A DNA stretch of 64,000 nt from Octopus sinensis. Lineage: Eukaryota. Numbering within the stretch: the stretch's first letter is position 1; each line of letters opens with the position of its first letter. Under the pieces are notes generated by a model, which was not told the origin of the DNA, searched no databases, and saw only the letters and a program-made list of their open reading frames with translations. This document shows positions 63,110 through 64,000 of this stretch, in pieces. Location: the NCBI RefSeq assembly GCF_006345805.1, contig NW_021833446.1, forward strand, positions 1 to 64,000, written 5' to 3'. The position numbers and the translations under genes were made by a program.

Positions 63110-64000
63110 TGTAGTTGTGGCATGTACAGAGATGATGGAGTAGCTGTTTCCTGTTATATAAAAAATGCTGCACTATGGACAGTTCTAGAACTTCAAAGAG
63201 ATTTGCTTATTTATAATTGTTTGTACGAATCTAAGGAAAGCCAACATAGATCTTAAGACAGGTAAGCGGTACTTCTATAGAATTTAAAACAAAGAAACTG
63301 CCTATACTCATAAAAAGTCCAGCCTCTCGGTACAGTTAGGAACTCAGTGGCTGTTGTTATTAGCAATCTTCCATGTTACCTAGTTTCCGACTGATACCAG
63401 GAGCGGCATTAGTGGGCAGTCAGATAAGTAATATACCTCATCAGAAGACAGTGAGAAAAGGGAAAGTAATTTAGTTTAAACCCCAATCAACGAAGACTTC
63501 CTCACAAATATCGCCAAGACTTTCTTATAGGGTGCTACTTCCCATCGACATTCATAAATCATAAACAATTTAACGCACACAACGTTAAGATTAGTTATTA
63601 GAAGCTTGATAACATCACTTAGAGAGTCATCCACAACAACGGAAATACAGCTAAGTTACAACTAACAAAATAAATAAATTAATCTGTTTGTCTGCTTTGT
63701 TGAACTTGCTTTTACACGAAGTGGTTTAGAGCATCAAATGTACGGACTTGGCGGTATCTGGCGGAACTACATAAAGTTCACCGCTAACGACTTCAAAAGA
63801 CGTAATTAACCTTGGCAATCCGTTTGGGTTAGCAACTGGAAAGATCTCCACTTTCTCGTTTGGATTTATCTGGAAACTCGGGGACCAAAAACATTATTGT
63901 TATTCAATAACTTGGAATAATATTGACGAGCTATTCCAAAATTCAACGGATTACATAACTGTAAACTTTGTATATCTGAGTTGTTCTCGATACTTAAACG
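63110..64000 (+). pseudogene. Penelope-like element relic (RT to GIY-YIG region), running off the window
   Basis: GMYRDDGV, RKGKVI*FKP, TNIAKTFL, FNAHNVKISY, FIWKLGDQ...ITWNNI, RAIP...CKLCISE across frames; heavily degraded. Confidence 0.75.

Noticed and set aside
63368-63448. Minus-strand CTGATGA...GAAACTAGGTA hammerhead-like string
   Set aside because: Stem I and the base of stem II do not pair, and the segment lies inside the plus-strand PLE coding relic.

Overview
Eukaryotic, repeat-saturated, apparently intergenic or intronic DNA. I found no host gene exon, rRNA, true tRNA or CRISPR array. The extreme microsatellite load and the tRNA-headed SINE families suggest an octopod cephalopod genome (inference from memory, not verified). 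Contents: four same-strand copies of a Tx1-group (L1 clade) LINE, each embedded in (TATC)n and stacked as two tandem pairs; a near-complete CR1-clade ORF2 and a second CR1 3' fragment; relics of RTE (x2), R4/Dong-type REL, Penelope-like (PLE, x2) and Tc1/mariner (x2) elements; Helitron-like and MITE elements; and about 30 SINE copies or fragments in four head/body families (my labels A-D). Three signals stand out. (1) The Tx1 family appears to target (TATC)n. (2) One SINE variant ends in the last ~50 nt of that Tx1 3' end (33/40 ungapped identity), implying a SINE-Tx1 partnership. (3) About nine type I hammerhead ribozyme motifs of PLE style were found by eye, most with palindromic stem III, including two fold-back cassettes with divergent hammerheads in opposite arms. 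Almost all ORFs in the supplied track are microsatellite artefacts. All alignments and coordinates were done by hand, and SINE and relic boundaries are approximate (+/-10-20 nt).
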